In this document: positions 37,536-47,021 of the stretch, piece by piece | How the letters are laid out: every line of letters begins with the position of its first letter | Numbering within the stretch: the stretch's first letter is position 1 | DNA from: an uncultured Patescibacteria group bacterium | GTDB lineage: Bacteria; Patescibacteriota; Patescibacteriia; Veblenbacterales; UBA10138 | DNA length: 53,625 bases | Assembly (NCBI GenBank): GCA_937929825.1 | Contig: CALFUV010000003.1 | Location: forward strand, 1 to 53,625 | Reading direction: 5' to 3' | Translations under genes and position numbers: made by a program | Notes under the pieces: model-generated | What the model saw: only the letters and a program-made list of their open reading frames with translations | Told to the model about the DNA's origin: nothing | The model's database searches: none

Positions 37536-38348
37536 TTATGATAACATATTATGTCGCGTTTTAATCGTACGCCACTTTTTAAAATATTTAAACCAAGAGG
37601 CTATATGTATCCAAGTTATTCTACTAAACAAAGCTGCTAAAAGAGGTTTCTGGGCTGAAAGTCGCTCGTGATAATGCACTAATTCAACTTCGGCTACATA
37701 CCACACTTCCCAACCTTTTGCCCAAAAACGACGACACCAATCTGTATCTTCAACATACAGAAAAAATCTTTCATCCATCAAGCCCACTTCTTTAATAGCC
37801 TGCCGACGAACTATTAAACAAGCTCCCAATAACCAATCAACTGGCCGGGAATCTTTATGATCCCACTCCATCATTTGATAACTTTTAAGCCATGAGGCAA
37901 GTGCCGGAATATTTCCCAATATAGTGCGCCGAAAGATTGGTAACCAAAAACTGGGAAATTTGTAAGCTGAATACTGTAACTGACCATTAGGATTTACTAA
38001 TCGCGGGCCAGCTAAACCGCATTTGGAATGCTTTTCCATAAAATCAACTAATTTCTCAATTTTGCCAGGTAAAATTGTTATATCAGGATTCAAAACTAAA
38101 ATATATTCACCTATTGCCTTTTTGATGCCAACATTATTACCAGCTGCATACCCTTTGTTATCCGGTAAGCTAATACCCTTAACTTGAGGATAATTTTCTT
38201 TTATCCACCCTAATAATCCATCAGCTGAGCTATTATCTACCACTATAATCTCATAAGTAAGCTTAGGCGCTGATTCAAAAATTCCTCTTATACATTGTCT
38301 AACTAATCCAGCTGATTTATAATTTAATATGATAATTGACAACTTCAT
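37536..38348 (-). CDS. Glycosyltransferase family 2
   Basis: 270 aa. LSIIILNYK...VVDNSSADG and the LNPD (DxD-type) motif. Confidence 0.88.
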   Translation of the reverse strand: MKLSIIILNYKSAGLVRQCIRGIFESAPKLTYEIIVVDNSSADGLLGWIKENYPQVKGISLPDNKGYAAGNNVGIKKAIGEYILVLNPDITILPGKIEKLVDFMEKHSKCGLAGPRLVNPNGQLQYSAYKFPSFWLPIFRRTILGNIPALASWLKSYQMMEWDHKDSRPVDWLLGACLIVRRQAIKEVGLMDERFFLYVEDTDWCRRFWAKGWEVWYVAEVELVHYHERLSAQKPLLAALFSRITWIHIASWFKYFKKWRTIKTRHNMLS

Positions 38349-39418
38349 ATATTATCATCCATAGATTTAACTCTACTCCACCAATAACGCAATTGGCTAT
38401 AGCTTATTTTATGAGTTACCTTAAGCATCTGCCTCTTTTTATAAAATTTACCTAATAAACTAAATAATCTTAATTTGCCTTTAATAAGGGTAAACGGATC
38501 TGTTAATAATAAAAATAAACCTTTAGTTATTTCATGAATAGCTATCCAAGGAAAGTCACGCCAAAAATTAATAAAGCCATCATTTTTTATCAAAACAGCC
38601 CAATGGTTTACCCAAGAATAAACCTTTAAATCACGAGGTCTTTGCTGTCTTAATTTATATTCGCTCTTCATATCAGATCCCGATGACAAACTACGGTCAT
38701 GATAAGCAATAACTGCTGGATCCAGCCAGGCCTCAAAACCAGCTAACTGGAGTCGCCACGCCAAATCTACGTCCTCTTTATATGATACAAAATCTTCATC
38801 AAACACCTGTCCATCCGGACTAACCGCCGCCAAGGCTCTGCGCCGATAAAGCGCGGCAGTGGCTGGTACGCCAAAAATTCTTTGTGGTATTTGAGATTTG
38901 TTATCATCCACTTGGCCTTGGGCTTTATTAATTACCTGCCGACTTCTTTTAATCATCAAACCCAACGAATCTATTATTTTTTCAGAATGATTATCAAAAT
39001 CTGAACTATGAAAAGTTTCAGATTGAAACTGCCATGATAACATTTTACCAGTCATAGCAGCGGCTCTCTCCTGATTATCCAAATCATCTGATAATCTGGC
39101 TAAATAATTTGAAGTTAAGTAAACATCTTGATTTAAAACTAATACATATTCACTTTCGGTCCAACTAATAGCCTGATTATGAGCGCGAGCAAAACCTAAA
39201 TTATTTTTATTTCTAATCAAACGCACTCGAGACAATATTTCCTTATGATTATTAAAGAAATCTAATACAATTTTATAAGAATTATCTATTGAGCCATTGT
39301 CAATAACAAGCAGAAAAAATTCTTTTTTGGTTTGATTATATAAAGATTCTAAACACCACGGTAACCAAGCGGCTCCATTATTTATGATTAAATGCACTGA
39401 AGTTTTATAGCGTTGCAT
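38345..39418 (-). CDS. Glycosyltransferase family 2
   Basis: About 357 aa. VIDNGSIDNS and LNQDV motifs. Track start 39427 is TTG; ATG is at 39418. Confidence 0.85.
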   Translation of the reverse strand: MQRYKTSVHLIINNGAAWLPWCLESLYNQTKKEFFLLVIDNGSIDNSYKIVLDFFNNHKEILSRVRLIRNKNNLGFARAHNQAISWTESEYVLVLNQDVYLTSNYLARLSDDLDNQERAAAMTGKMLSWQFQSETFHSSDFDNHSEKIIDSLGLMIKRSRQVINKAQGQVDDNKSQIPQRIFGVPATAALYRRRALAAVSPDGQVFDEDFVSYKEDVDLAWRLQLAGFEAWLDPAVIAYHDRSLSSGSDMKSEYKLRQQRPRDLKVYSWVNHWAVLIKNDGFINFWRDFPWIAIHEITKGLFLLLTDPFTLIKGKLRLFSLLGKFYKKRQMLKVTHKISYSQLRYWWSRVKSMDDNI

Positions 39419-39423
39419 AGATA

Positions 39424-40938
39424 TCAACTTTTTTGATCAGAAGAAAATATAATCGTACCAAGCGCCAAAACTGCACCCAAACCCAAAGGATGATTTAAAT
39501 AAGGCGTAGTGATATGCGTAATATACAAAGCTACTAATCCTAAAACCGCGGCTACGGCAGGAGTATTAATCAATAACTTTTTTCTGAACTTTAAAGCAGA
39601 CCAAAAAGGAATTATTAACCAAACCGTTAATAAAATAAAGCCAATTAAACCAAATTTATACATGAAATCTAACCAACCCCATTCCAAAGCATAAGTTGAA
39701 ATCAACCCAGAGCTACCGGCAGTAGATTGAACTGCCCGCGGGTCGGTGGAGAAATAAAGTATTTGAGCACCAAAACCACCACCCCAAACTAATTGACGTT
39801 TAATAGCATCAAGTAAATGAGGTAATAGATTCATTCTGGCTTGACCAGCCGGTTCAGAATAAAAGCGATCACTAAAAGCCTGAATTGATCCTGAACCTAA
39901 AGCTGTAAATGGCCAATTAATTTTACTAGTGATCATAACTAAACCAATTGCACCAGTTACAAGAATGAAAGATAATAATAAGTATTTTGAAGTTGTTATA
40001 ATTTTTTTAGAAGTACCTTGTATAAAAATTGACAAGAACCATGCTACCAAAGTACCAAGCCATAAACTACGCGACAAAGATACTACTAAAGCTATTAAAG
40101 GAATAAAAACATAAAAGATGCTTTGGACGACTGAAAATGAAGTTAATGGCAAATTACTGTTTAATTTATGTCGTAACCACACAAATCCAAAAACTGCGGC
40201 CAAGCTAGAATAAACATGACTTTGGGAAAAAATTCTAAAAAAACCGCCACCAGCTGCTGTAATCTCACCTAAGCCTAGATCGCGATACCAATGATATAAA
40301 AAGCTAATATAATCAATTTCAAAATGTGTGAATATATAAAGTAAAAATAACGTTCTAATAGTCAACCAAATAATTCCGGGCCATAAAAACAATTTTGTAT
40401 AATATAAAATTTTTTCTTGACCAAACTCAAAATAGGCTTCCAAAAACAAAGGTAAAAGCAAAATATATAAATAACCATTGGCATCTAAAACTATATCAGC
40501 TGTTGAATTCCAAAAATAATAACCACGACCAGCTGCCCATATTAAAGAAAATATAGCTGCCACAAACCACCAACGCCAAGGATGGCTAAAAATTATATGC
40601 TTTCTATTAGAAGCAATATGATATACCATTAATCCAAAAGCTGCTAAATAAAGAGCTAAACGTAAGTTTATTTCTAAAGAATCAATGTTTAAACTTACCA
40701 ATCTACCAAAACTTCCAATTACCAATTCCAATAATAAAAAAATAACTCCTAGGGCCAAATTTTTAGTAGCCGTAAATAACCACAAAACAACCAAAATAAT
40801 AGTTAATACCCCACCCAACAAAGGCTTGGTTAAAGATATATATGACAATAAATCAAAAGCTAATAGCCCTAAAAGAAATAAAGTCATTAAATAAAAATCA
40901 CTAAATTTTGTAAGTTTTTGGACAAAAGAAAAAATCAT
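39424..40938 (-). CDS. O-antigen ligase/polymerase-like (Wzy-type) polytopic membrane protein
   Basis: 504 aa with at least 12 TM segments. Helix-loop around SLSRSLWLGTLVAWFL resembles Wzy_C. Embedded between glycosyltransferases. Confidence 0.6.
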   Translation of the reverse strand: MIFSFVQKLTKFSDFYLMTLFLLGLLAFDLLSYISLTKPLLGGVLTIILVVLWLFTATKNLALGVIFLLLELVIGSFGRLVSLNIDSLEINLRLALYLAAFGLMVYHIASNRKHIIFSHPWRWWFVAAIFSLIWAAGRGYYFWNSTADIVLDANGYLYILLLPLFLEAYFEFGQEKILYYTKLFLWPGIIWLTIRTLFLLYIFTHFEIDYISFLYHWYRDLGLGEITAAGGGFFRIFSQSHVYSSLAAVFGFVWLRHKLNSNLPLTSFSVVQSIFYVFIPLIALVVSLSRSLWLGTLVAWFLSIFIQGTSKKIITTSKYLLLSFILVTGAIGLVMITSKINWPFTALGSGSIQAFSDRFYSEPAGQARMNLLPHLLDAIKRQLVWGGGFGAQILYFSTDPRAVQSTAGSSGLISTYALEWGWLDFMYKFGLIGFILLTVWLIIPFWSALKFRKKLLINTPAVAAVLGLVALYITHITTPYLNHPLGLGAVLALGTIIFSSDQKS

Positions 40939-41776
40939 ATATTTTTAAAAATATCCAAGATGGTTTAGCTAATAACCATACTATAACAGCAGATAATAAT
41001 CCTTTATGTTTTTTAAGATAATATACCAAACTAGAAATAAAAAGATTGTGCCTATCTGCTTTGCTTAATTTTGCAAAACTTACCCCCGCCTCATGACTAA
41101 CTATTATTTTTGGTTCATACCAAACTTCATAACCAATTTGCCACACTCTTTTACATAAATCAACTTCCTCAAACCACAAATAAAAAGATTCGTCAAAACC
41201 CCCTAATCGATGCCAAACATCGGTTCTAATAGCTAAACAAGCTCCCATAACTTGCTCCACCGGCTGTGGTTGCAAATAATCAAAATCTGGCAAAAAATAT
41301 TTTGGCGCCAACCTAGGCATTCTATCAAGTAACTTAAGCGCCAACAACAAGCCCACCCACATATTAGGGAAGCCTCTAACAGATCGTTGAGTTGTACCGT
41401 CAGGATTAATAATATGAGGACCAATTATAGCTATTTTCTTATTACGAATAAAACTTCTATACAAATCTGAAAAAAAACCAGCTGTAACTTGAGTATCTGG
41501 ATTTAGTAATAATATATATTCGGCCTCGGTACCCACAGCAGCTAAATTACAGGCTTTAGCAAAACCAATATTTTTTTTCTGAATTATTAATTTAACCCAA
41601 GGGAAAAAATTTTTAACCATCTCAACCGTACCATCTGACGAAGCATTATCAACTACTACCACTTCAAAAAAATAATCTTTATCAAAAGATAAGCTTGCTA
41701 AAGAGCGTAAACAGGAGGTTAATTGATTTTTAACATTCCAAGAAACAATTATTACTCTAAATAAAGGCTTTGACAT
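40901..41776 (-). CDS. Glycosyltransferase family 2
   Basis: 291 aa. VIIVSWN...VVDNASSDGT and LNPDT motifs. Confidence 0.88.
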   Translation of the reverse strand: MSKPLFRVIIVSWNVKNQLTSCLRSLASLSFDKDYFFEVVVVDNASSDGTVEMVKNFFPWVKLIIQKKNIGFAKACNLAAVGTEAEYILLLNPDTQVTAGFFSDLYRSFIRNKKIAIIGPHIINPDGTTQRSVRGFPNMWVGLLLALKLLDRMPRLAPKYFLPDFDYLQPQPVEQVMGACLAIRTDVWHRLGGFDESFYLWFEEVDLCKRVWQIGYEVWYEPKIIVSHEAGVSFAKLSKADRHNLFISSLVYYLKKHKGLLSAVIVWLLAKPSWIFLKIYDFFFCPKTYKI

Positions 41777-41781
41777 AAAAA

Positions 41782-43017
41782 CTATAATTGACTGATTATT
41801 TTTTCCATCATTAAATCAACTCGGTGTGACCAAGATTCCCTACTGGCCGTTTGTTTACGCTTAACAGCTAATTCAATACTATCTTCTTCCAAAGCGCGAA
41901 TTACAGCACGATTAAAATCTTCAGGTTTAGCGGCTAAATAAACAAAATTTTTATATTCATCTAAACCAGCACCTGGTGTAGCTACCACTGGTTTACCAGC
42001 TGCTAAATACTCATATAATTTCATCGGATTAGTATGACGATTAAATTCGTTTTGTAAATGAGGTATAATAGCCACATTAAACTCCTGAATATATTGAGGT
42101 GCTTCAAGAAACGATTTTCTTCCCAATAAATAAACATTCGGCAAACTCCTTAATTTGCTGGCAATTTGTTTTCTGACTCTAGGCCAAACACCACCAATTA
42201 AAACTATTGATTTATGGGGGTTGGCTCGAGCTACATAATTTATAAGATCAATATCAATCCTGTCTTCTTGAATGGTACCAACATAGCCAATTATCGGTCG
42301 GGGTAGTCTGGCAATATCTCGGCCAGTTAAACGAGGAGTATTATTAAAAATTTGAATATCTACGCCATTAGGTACAAAAAAACATTTTTCAGGCGAATCA
42401 AACAATTTAGCTAAATCTTGACTGGTGGTAAAAATAATATCAGCCTTAGACTTAATTGTTTGATAATTCAATTTTAAACGCTCTCTTATTTTAAAATAAG
42501 CTGAATGTTCAAGCCAATTATCAACCGCATCAAAAACAGCTAACTTTTCACCACAAGCGTCAAAATAATCTACAAAAGTCGGTAAATAAGACCATAAAAC
42601 AATATTTTTCATATTTAGGCGCTTAATTTCTTTAAATAACTGGCGATACATACTTTTTTCATGGCGCCAAGATAAAACTGTTGAGAAAATAAAAAGCTTA
42701 TGCTGAACATAATTAGAATTTTTAACATCTCCCCAAAAACCTATTTTTTCAAGTTCATAATTTTTTAAAGCAGTTAGCTTATACCCTATTCCTCTAGATA
42801 AAACCTGACCACTAGGACCACCTAACACATTTTGTAGCCATTCCCTAACTGTCCTTTTAAAAGTAAAAGGTAAATAATCAACGGCTAATATTTTACGCAC
42901 CCTGTCGTCACCAAGCAAACTACGTAATACGTACATATTACGATTAGCAATACCGTTTTGCCAATCGGTATAGGCAGACATATTAAACATAACAATATCT
43001 ATTGTTTTTGGTGACAT
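41782..43017 (-). CDS. Glycosyltransferase, GT1/GT4 clan (TuaH-like architecture)
   Basis: 411 aa. C-terminal Glycos_transf_1-type region (IGYVGTI...NPMKLYEYLAAGKPVVATPGAG). Confidence 0.75.
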   Translation of the reverse strand: MSPKTIDIVMFNMSAYTDWQNGIANRNMYVLRSLLGDDRVRKILAVDYLPFTFKRTVREWLQNVLGGPSGQVLSRGIGYKLTALKNYELEKIGFWGDVKNSNYVQHKLFIFSTVLSWRHEKSMYRQLFKEIKRLNMKNIVLWSYLPTFVDYFDACGEKLAVFDAVDNWLEHSAYFKIRERLKLNYQTIKSKADIIFTTSQDLAKLFDSPEKCFFVPNGVDIQIFNNTPRLTGRDIARLPRPIIGYVGTIQEDRIDIDLINYVARANPHKSIVLIGGVWPRVRKQIASKLRSLPNVYLLGRKSFLEAPQYIQEFNVAIIPHLQNEFNRHTNPMKLYEYLAAGKPVVATPGAGLDEYKNFVYLAAKPEDFNRAVIRALEEDSIELAVKRKQTASRESWSHRVDLMMEKIISQL

Positions 43018-43121
43018 AATTTGTAATCTTAACTTGTTTATTGTATCTTAATTTATTCAAATAAACAAAAATAGTTGAATAGAACTTATAATCTTATAAT
43101 AACTAATAAAAAAATAGGTCT

Positions 43122-44216
43122 TTATCCATTCCGAATGTTTATTTTTGCCATTAAATCAGAAAGAGTGTTGCTGGCTGTCTGATGATAAAAATGATTGTAA
43201 TTAGCCTTAGCTTTTTTCGCTAATGATTCTCGCAATTCATTATCTGTCAGAATTCTTTTTATGATTAGCGGAAGTTCTTCAGAAGATTTTATAAACCAAC
43301 CACCCTCACCCACAGCTTCTGGCACACCGCCTACGGCCCTAGCAATTACTGGTTTACCGAATTGTTGTGCTTCCAAATAAACAATACCAAAACCTTCCAC
43401 GTCAACTGGATCATCAATAGGTGTTAAGATAAAAATATCAGACAACTCATACCACGCCGCCAAGTCCTTATTAGACAAATTAGAACCGGTAAAAATTACA
43501 CTTGATTGACAACGAGTAGCTAGCTTTTCCAAATTTTCTCTTTCAGGTCCATCACCAATCACTACATAAATTATATTACTAAAATCATCTTTAATTTTAA
43601 GCACAGAATTAATTACTAAATCAATTGCTTTTCTTTTGACTAATCGACTAACTGTCAATAAAATAATTTTATTGCTCAATGAATATTTTTTTATTATTTC
43701 AGAAACTGTTGCTTGATCTGAAACAAGCCGACGGACTGGCGGATAAATTATTTCTATCCTTTTAAAATAACTTGCACAATTTTCAACTAAAGACCGGGTA
43801 AATTTACTGTTAACCACTATACATTCAGCGTATTTAATAATTTTTCTTGCCAAAAATTTTTTCCATTTATTTCGACAAGCCAACTGTATATCAAATCCAT
43901 GCACAAACACAATATACTGCCAACCAAAACATATTCTCATAAAAAGTAAAGCTGTACCAATGGGCAGTATTTCACCGGCGGCTAAATACCTAGCCTTAGT
44001 TTTAATTTTCCAAAAAGGTACTATCCATAATAAGGGAAACCACTTAGGCCATCCCGGCCACTGCCAGCTCGTTCTGATTATACGATCGTTAGACTCACCT
44101 CTTACGCTAGTTAACACCACCATCTGAGAATAATCATTATGCAGACCGGCATAATAATTAGCCACTCCACCATAACGAGGCGGATAATCAGCAGTTATTA
44201 AAAGCAAATTAGTCAT
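43122..44216 (-). CDS. Glycosyltransferase family 4
   Basis: 364 aa with motif VEGFGIVYLEAQQFGKPVIARAVGGVPEAVGEG. Confidence 0.85.
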   Translation of the reverse strand: MTNLLLITADYPPRYGGVANYYAGLHNDYSQMVVLTSVRGESNDRIIRTSWQWPGWPKWFPLLWIVPFWKIKTKARYLAAGEILPIGTALLFMRICFGWQYIVFVHGFDIQLACRNKWKKFLARKIIKYAECIVVNSKFTRSLVENCASYFKRIEIIYPPVRRLVSDQATVSEIIKKYSLSNKIILLTVSRLVKRKAIDLVINSVLKIKDDFSNIIYVVIGDGPERENLEKLATRCQSSVIFTGSNLSNKDLAAWYELSDIFILTPIDDPVDVEGFGIVYLEAQQFGKPVIARAVGGVPEAVGEGGWFIKSSEELPLIIKRILTDNELRESLAKKAKANYNHFYHQTASNTLSDLMAKINIRNG

Positions 44217-44217
44217 A

Positions 44218-45666
44218 TTACGCTACTTGACGCCTAAATATAACCTTAATTAATTGTTTTATTTCTTGCCAGGTTACACCACCTAAACTAACTAACAACA
44301 AAGTATATATAAAGGCTGAAAATATAATCACCAATAACAACCCTAAATAACCCTTAAACAGATTGGCAAATACAAACATAAAAAGCCCTGCTAAAATTAT
44401 TTTACTAATTCTGACATATAAAAATTTATGATCTATAGTAACTAAATTCTTGGCTACTAACCAACCGGCTATAAGTAAAATAACAGTTGAAAGTAAAGAA
44501 GCTGTGGCAGCTCCCACTGGTCCGAATAAGGGAATTAGAAATAGATTAAAAATCAAATTTGAACCAGCCGCCAAAGCTAAATTACCAGTTTGTCTTAATT
44601 GACGATCACAAGCCGGCAATAAAGCACCTAGAGGATAAGTCATAAACAGCCAAATTAAACTAAAAATAAGAATTTGTAAAGGTAAAATGGAATCTTTAAA
44701 TGCCGGGTAAACTACAGCGATCATTTCAGGCGCTATAGCGATTATACCTAATGAAATAGGAACAGAAATACCTGTTAAATAAACAAGTCCACGCATAAAA
44801 GTCTGCGATAATTTTTCATTTGATACCTGATAATAAAAGCTGAAACCCGGAAAAAGAGAAGCTGAAAAGGCAGCTGGAATAAACTGCAAAGCAAAAGTAA
44901 TTTTATATGCGACACTGTATATACCAACAGCTCTATCGCCTTGTAAAAGTGATAATATTATTGTATCAAGATAACCGTAAATTCTGGTTAAAATTGCAGC
45001 CAAAGCAAAAGGCCATGTTAATTTAGCAATAAATTTATAATCTACTTTATCCCATAAAGGTTTTAGGTTAATGTTATATCGCCAACGCAGTTGCCATAAA
45101 GAATAAAAGCAATTAACCAAAGCAGCTACACCTAAAGCCGCCATAAACCATCTTAAATCAAATGTAAAAAAAGATACTGTCACACCAACTCCAGCGAGCA
45201 CTACTTGCATAAGAACGGTACCAATGGATTCCCAACTTAAGTTATGTAAACCGCGTATAGTACTATAAGCAGTTAAGGTAAATGAATCCAATACCATAAT
45301 CACTGAAGCTATATAAACCAATTGACGTGTTAATATAGGATACCCCGCTAACCAAACAAAAACCACCGCTAAACCAACTACTGCTATCATAGCTGTTAAT
45401 TTAAACCCTATTACCAAGCGAACATATCTAGACGCCTGACTTGGTTCCCGCGCTACCTGTCTGGTTAACACATTAGATAAACCTAAATCAAGCAAAACAG
45501 AAAATAAGGTTGTCAAGGAAAGAGCAAACACATATCGACCAATTGATTCTGGCCCTAATAACCGAGCTAAAAAGGTAAAGTATAAAAAAGAAATCACCTT
45601 TTGTGCTACTAAGGCTAAAGTGAAATAACTGGTATTGCGAACTAAAACCGATGGCTCTGTTGACAT
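44218..45666 (-). CDS. Polysaccharide flippase (Wzx, MOP superfamily)
   Basis: 482 aa with about 14 TM segments and a polysaccharide-biosynthesis-protein pattern. First gene of the glycan cluster. TGCTATAAT lies 6 nt upstream of the ATG. Confidence 0.85.
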   Translation of the reverse strand: MSTEPSVLVRNTSYFTLALVAQKVISFLYFTFLARLLGPESIGRYVFALSLTTLFSVLLDLGLSNVLTRQVAREPSQASRYVRLVIGFKLTAMIAVVGLAVVFVWLAGYPILTRQLVYIASVIMVLDSFTLTAYSTIRGLHNLSWESIGTVLMQVVLAGVGVTVSFFTFDLRWFMAALGVAALVNCFYSLWQLRWRYNINLKPLWDKVDYKFIAKLTWPFALAAILTRIYGYLDTIILSLLQGDRAVGIYSVAYKITFALQFIPAAFSASLFPGFSFYYQVSNEKLSQTFMRGLVYLTGISVPISLGIIAIAPEMIAVVYPAFKDSILPLQILIFSLIWLFMTYPLGALLPACDRQLRQTGNLALAAGSNLIFNLFLIPLFGPVGAATASLLSTVILLIAGWLVAKNLVTIDHKFLYVRISKIILAGLFMFVFANLFKGYLGLLLVIIFSAFIYTLLLVSLGGVTWQEIKQLIKVIFRRQVA

Positions 45667-45680
45667 GAGCTAATTATAGC

Positions 45681-45707
45681 AAAACCCGCCAAATATGTAT
45701 GACGGGT
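45681..45707 (-). terminator. Intrinsic terminator after rpsI
   Basis: Minus-strand RNA ACCCGUCA-UACAUAUU-UGGCGGGU (8 bp including a G.U pair; arms at 45700-45707 and 45684-45691), followed by UUUUGCU. Confidence 0.55.
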
Positions 45708-45730
45708 AGTGCTGTAAATTATGCCAATGA

Positions 45731-46261
45731 TTACCTTTTGGAAAATTGAGGTGCTCGTCGTGCTCTTTTTAAACCAGGCTTTTTTCTTTCTTTTACACGA
45801 GCGTCTCGAGTTAAAAAACCTGACGGTCTCAACTGTTTACGATAATCTTCATTCAATAATACCAGCGCTCTGGCTATACCATGTCTAACAGCCACAGCTT
45901 GACCTGCCTTACCTCCACCAGTGACTTTAATTTTAAGGTCTAGAGTATTTTGCAAACCAAGCAAAAACAAGGGCTGTAAGGCGGTATTAACATATTCAGG
46001 CCATGAAAAATATTCAACAGGTGATACATTATTGATAATAATCTGTCCACTACCCCTACTAAATAAACGTACTCGGGCAATCACTGACTTTCGTCTGCCT
46101 ACAGCCGCAATATAATCTTTGCCAGCTCGCGTTACAATTTTAATCGGTGTTACAACTTTTTTTGTTTGGGAAACTGATTTTTTTCTGGCTGTTTGTCGAC
46201 TGGTTAATTTTTTATTCCCTGTTGGTTTAATAACTTGAGATTTTTTAGTAACTGAAACCAT
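45731..46261 (-). CDS. rpsI: 30S ribosomal protein S9 with a Lys-rich N-terminal extension
   Basis: 176 aa. Core from about residue 50 (YIAAVGRRKSVIARVRL...GGGKAGQAVAVRHGIARAL...KRARRAPQFSKR). Confidence 0.95.
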   Translation of the reverse strand: MVSVTKKSQVIKPTGNKKLTSRQTARKKSVSQTKKVVTPIKIVTRAGKDYIAAVGRRKSVIARVRLFSRGSGQIIINNVSPVEYFSWPEYVNTALQPLFLLGLQNTLDLKIKVTGGGKAGQAVAVRHGIARALVLLNEDYRKQLRPSGFLTRDARVKERKKPGLKRARRAPQFSKR

Positions 46262-46265
46262 AAAA

Positions 46266-46649
46266 TTATTCCGATTTAGAAATGGTTAAATTATTAATCA
46301 TAACCCGATTAAGACGATTTTTAGGCAACATATGCTCAACAGTCTTTCTCATTAAACGAATTGGATTTTTAGTAAATTCCTGTCTTAGATTAGATTTTTT
46401 TAAACCTCCCGGATAACCGGAAAAACGATAATAAATTTTATTTTCCAATTTATTACCGGTAAACCTAATTTTATCAACATTTATTACCTTTATCTGCAAA
46501 AGAGGCGCTTTATTACGTGCAAATGCAATTAAATGCTTGCCCTGCAATTTATGAGCAATTTCGCTTGCCACTCTACCCAAACTACGTCCAGTCGCATCAA
46601 TTACTATTATATTTGTATTATTCTTATTTTTTATACTGGTTTTAGGCAT
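46266..46649 (-). CDS. rplM: 50S ribosomal protein L13
   Basis: VIDATGRSLGRVASEIAHKLQGKH... is typical L13. Track start 46661 is TTG; ATG is at 46649 (MPKTS), just after the rplQ stop. Confidence 0.95.
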   Translation of the reverse strand: MPKTSIKNKNNTNIIVIDATGRSLGRVASEIAHKLQGKHLIAFARNKAPLLQIKVINVDKIRFTGNKLENKIYYRFSGYPGGLKKSNLRQEFTKNPIRLMRKTVEHMLPKNRLNRVMINNLTISKSE

Positions 46650-46653
46650 AAAC

Positions 46654-47004
46654 TCAAACAAATTCTATAATGGCCATTTTAGCTTTGTCACCTTGACGTG
46701 GTGACAGTTTAGTAATTCTTAAAAATCCACCCTTTCTCTCTTGATACTTAGGACCAATTACTTCAATCAACTTTCTAACAGGCCCTTCACTAGGTAAACG
46801 ACGAAGTAATATACGCCTATTAGCTAAAGTAGGGTTTTTAGCTAAAGTTACTAATTTTTCAACATACGGCCTAATGGCTTTGGCCTTAGCTTCTGTGGTT
46901 TTAACTTTTTCATACAAAACTACCATGGCGGCCAAATTTTTCTGTAAGGCCCGCCTCGGTCCTATTTTACGCCCCAAAATAACTCCTTTTTTTCTATGTC
47001 TCAT
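46654..47004 (-). CDS. rplQ: 50S ribosomal protein L17
   Basis: 116 aa: MRHRKKGVILGRKIGPRRALQKNLA...GDKAKMAIIEFV. Confidence 0.95.
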   Translation of the reverse strand: MRHRKKGVILGRKIGPRRALQKNLAAMVVLYEKVKTTEAKAKAIRPYVEKLVTLAKNPTLANRRILLRRLPSEGPVRKLIEVIGPKYQERKGGFLRITKLSPRQGDKAKMAIIEFV

Positions 47005-47021
47005 AATAACATAAATTATTT

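Noticed and set aside
43034-43068. Inverted repeat TTGTTTATT...AATAAACAA between two glycosyltransferase genes, considered as a terminator.
   Set aside because: The stem is almost entirely A:T (a single G:C pair) with a 17-nt loop and no downstream U-run on the minus strand, so it would be thermodynamically weak. It is probably fortuitous in AT-rich spacer DNA.
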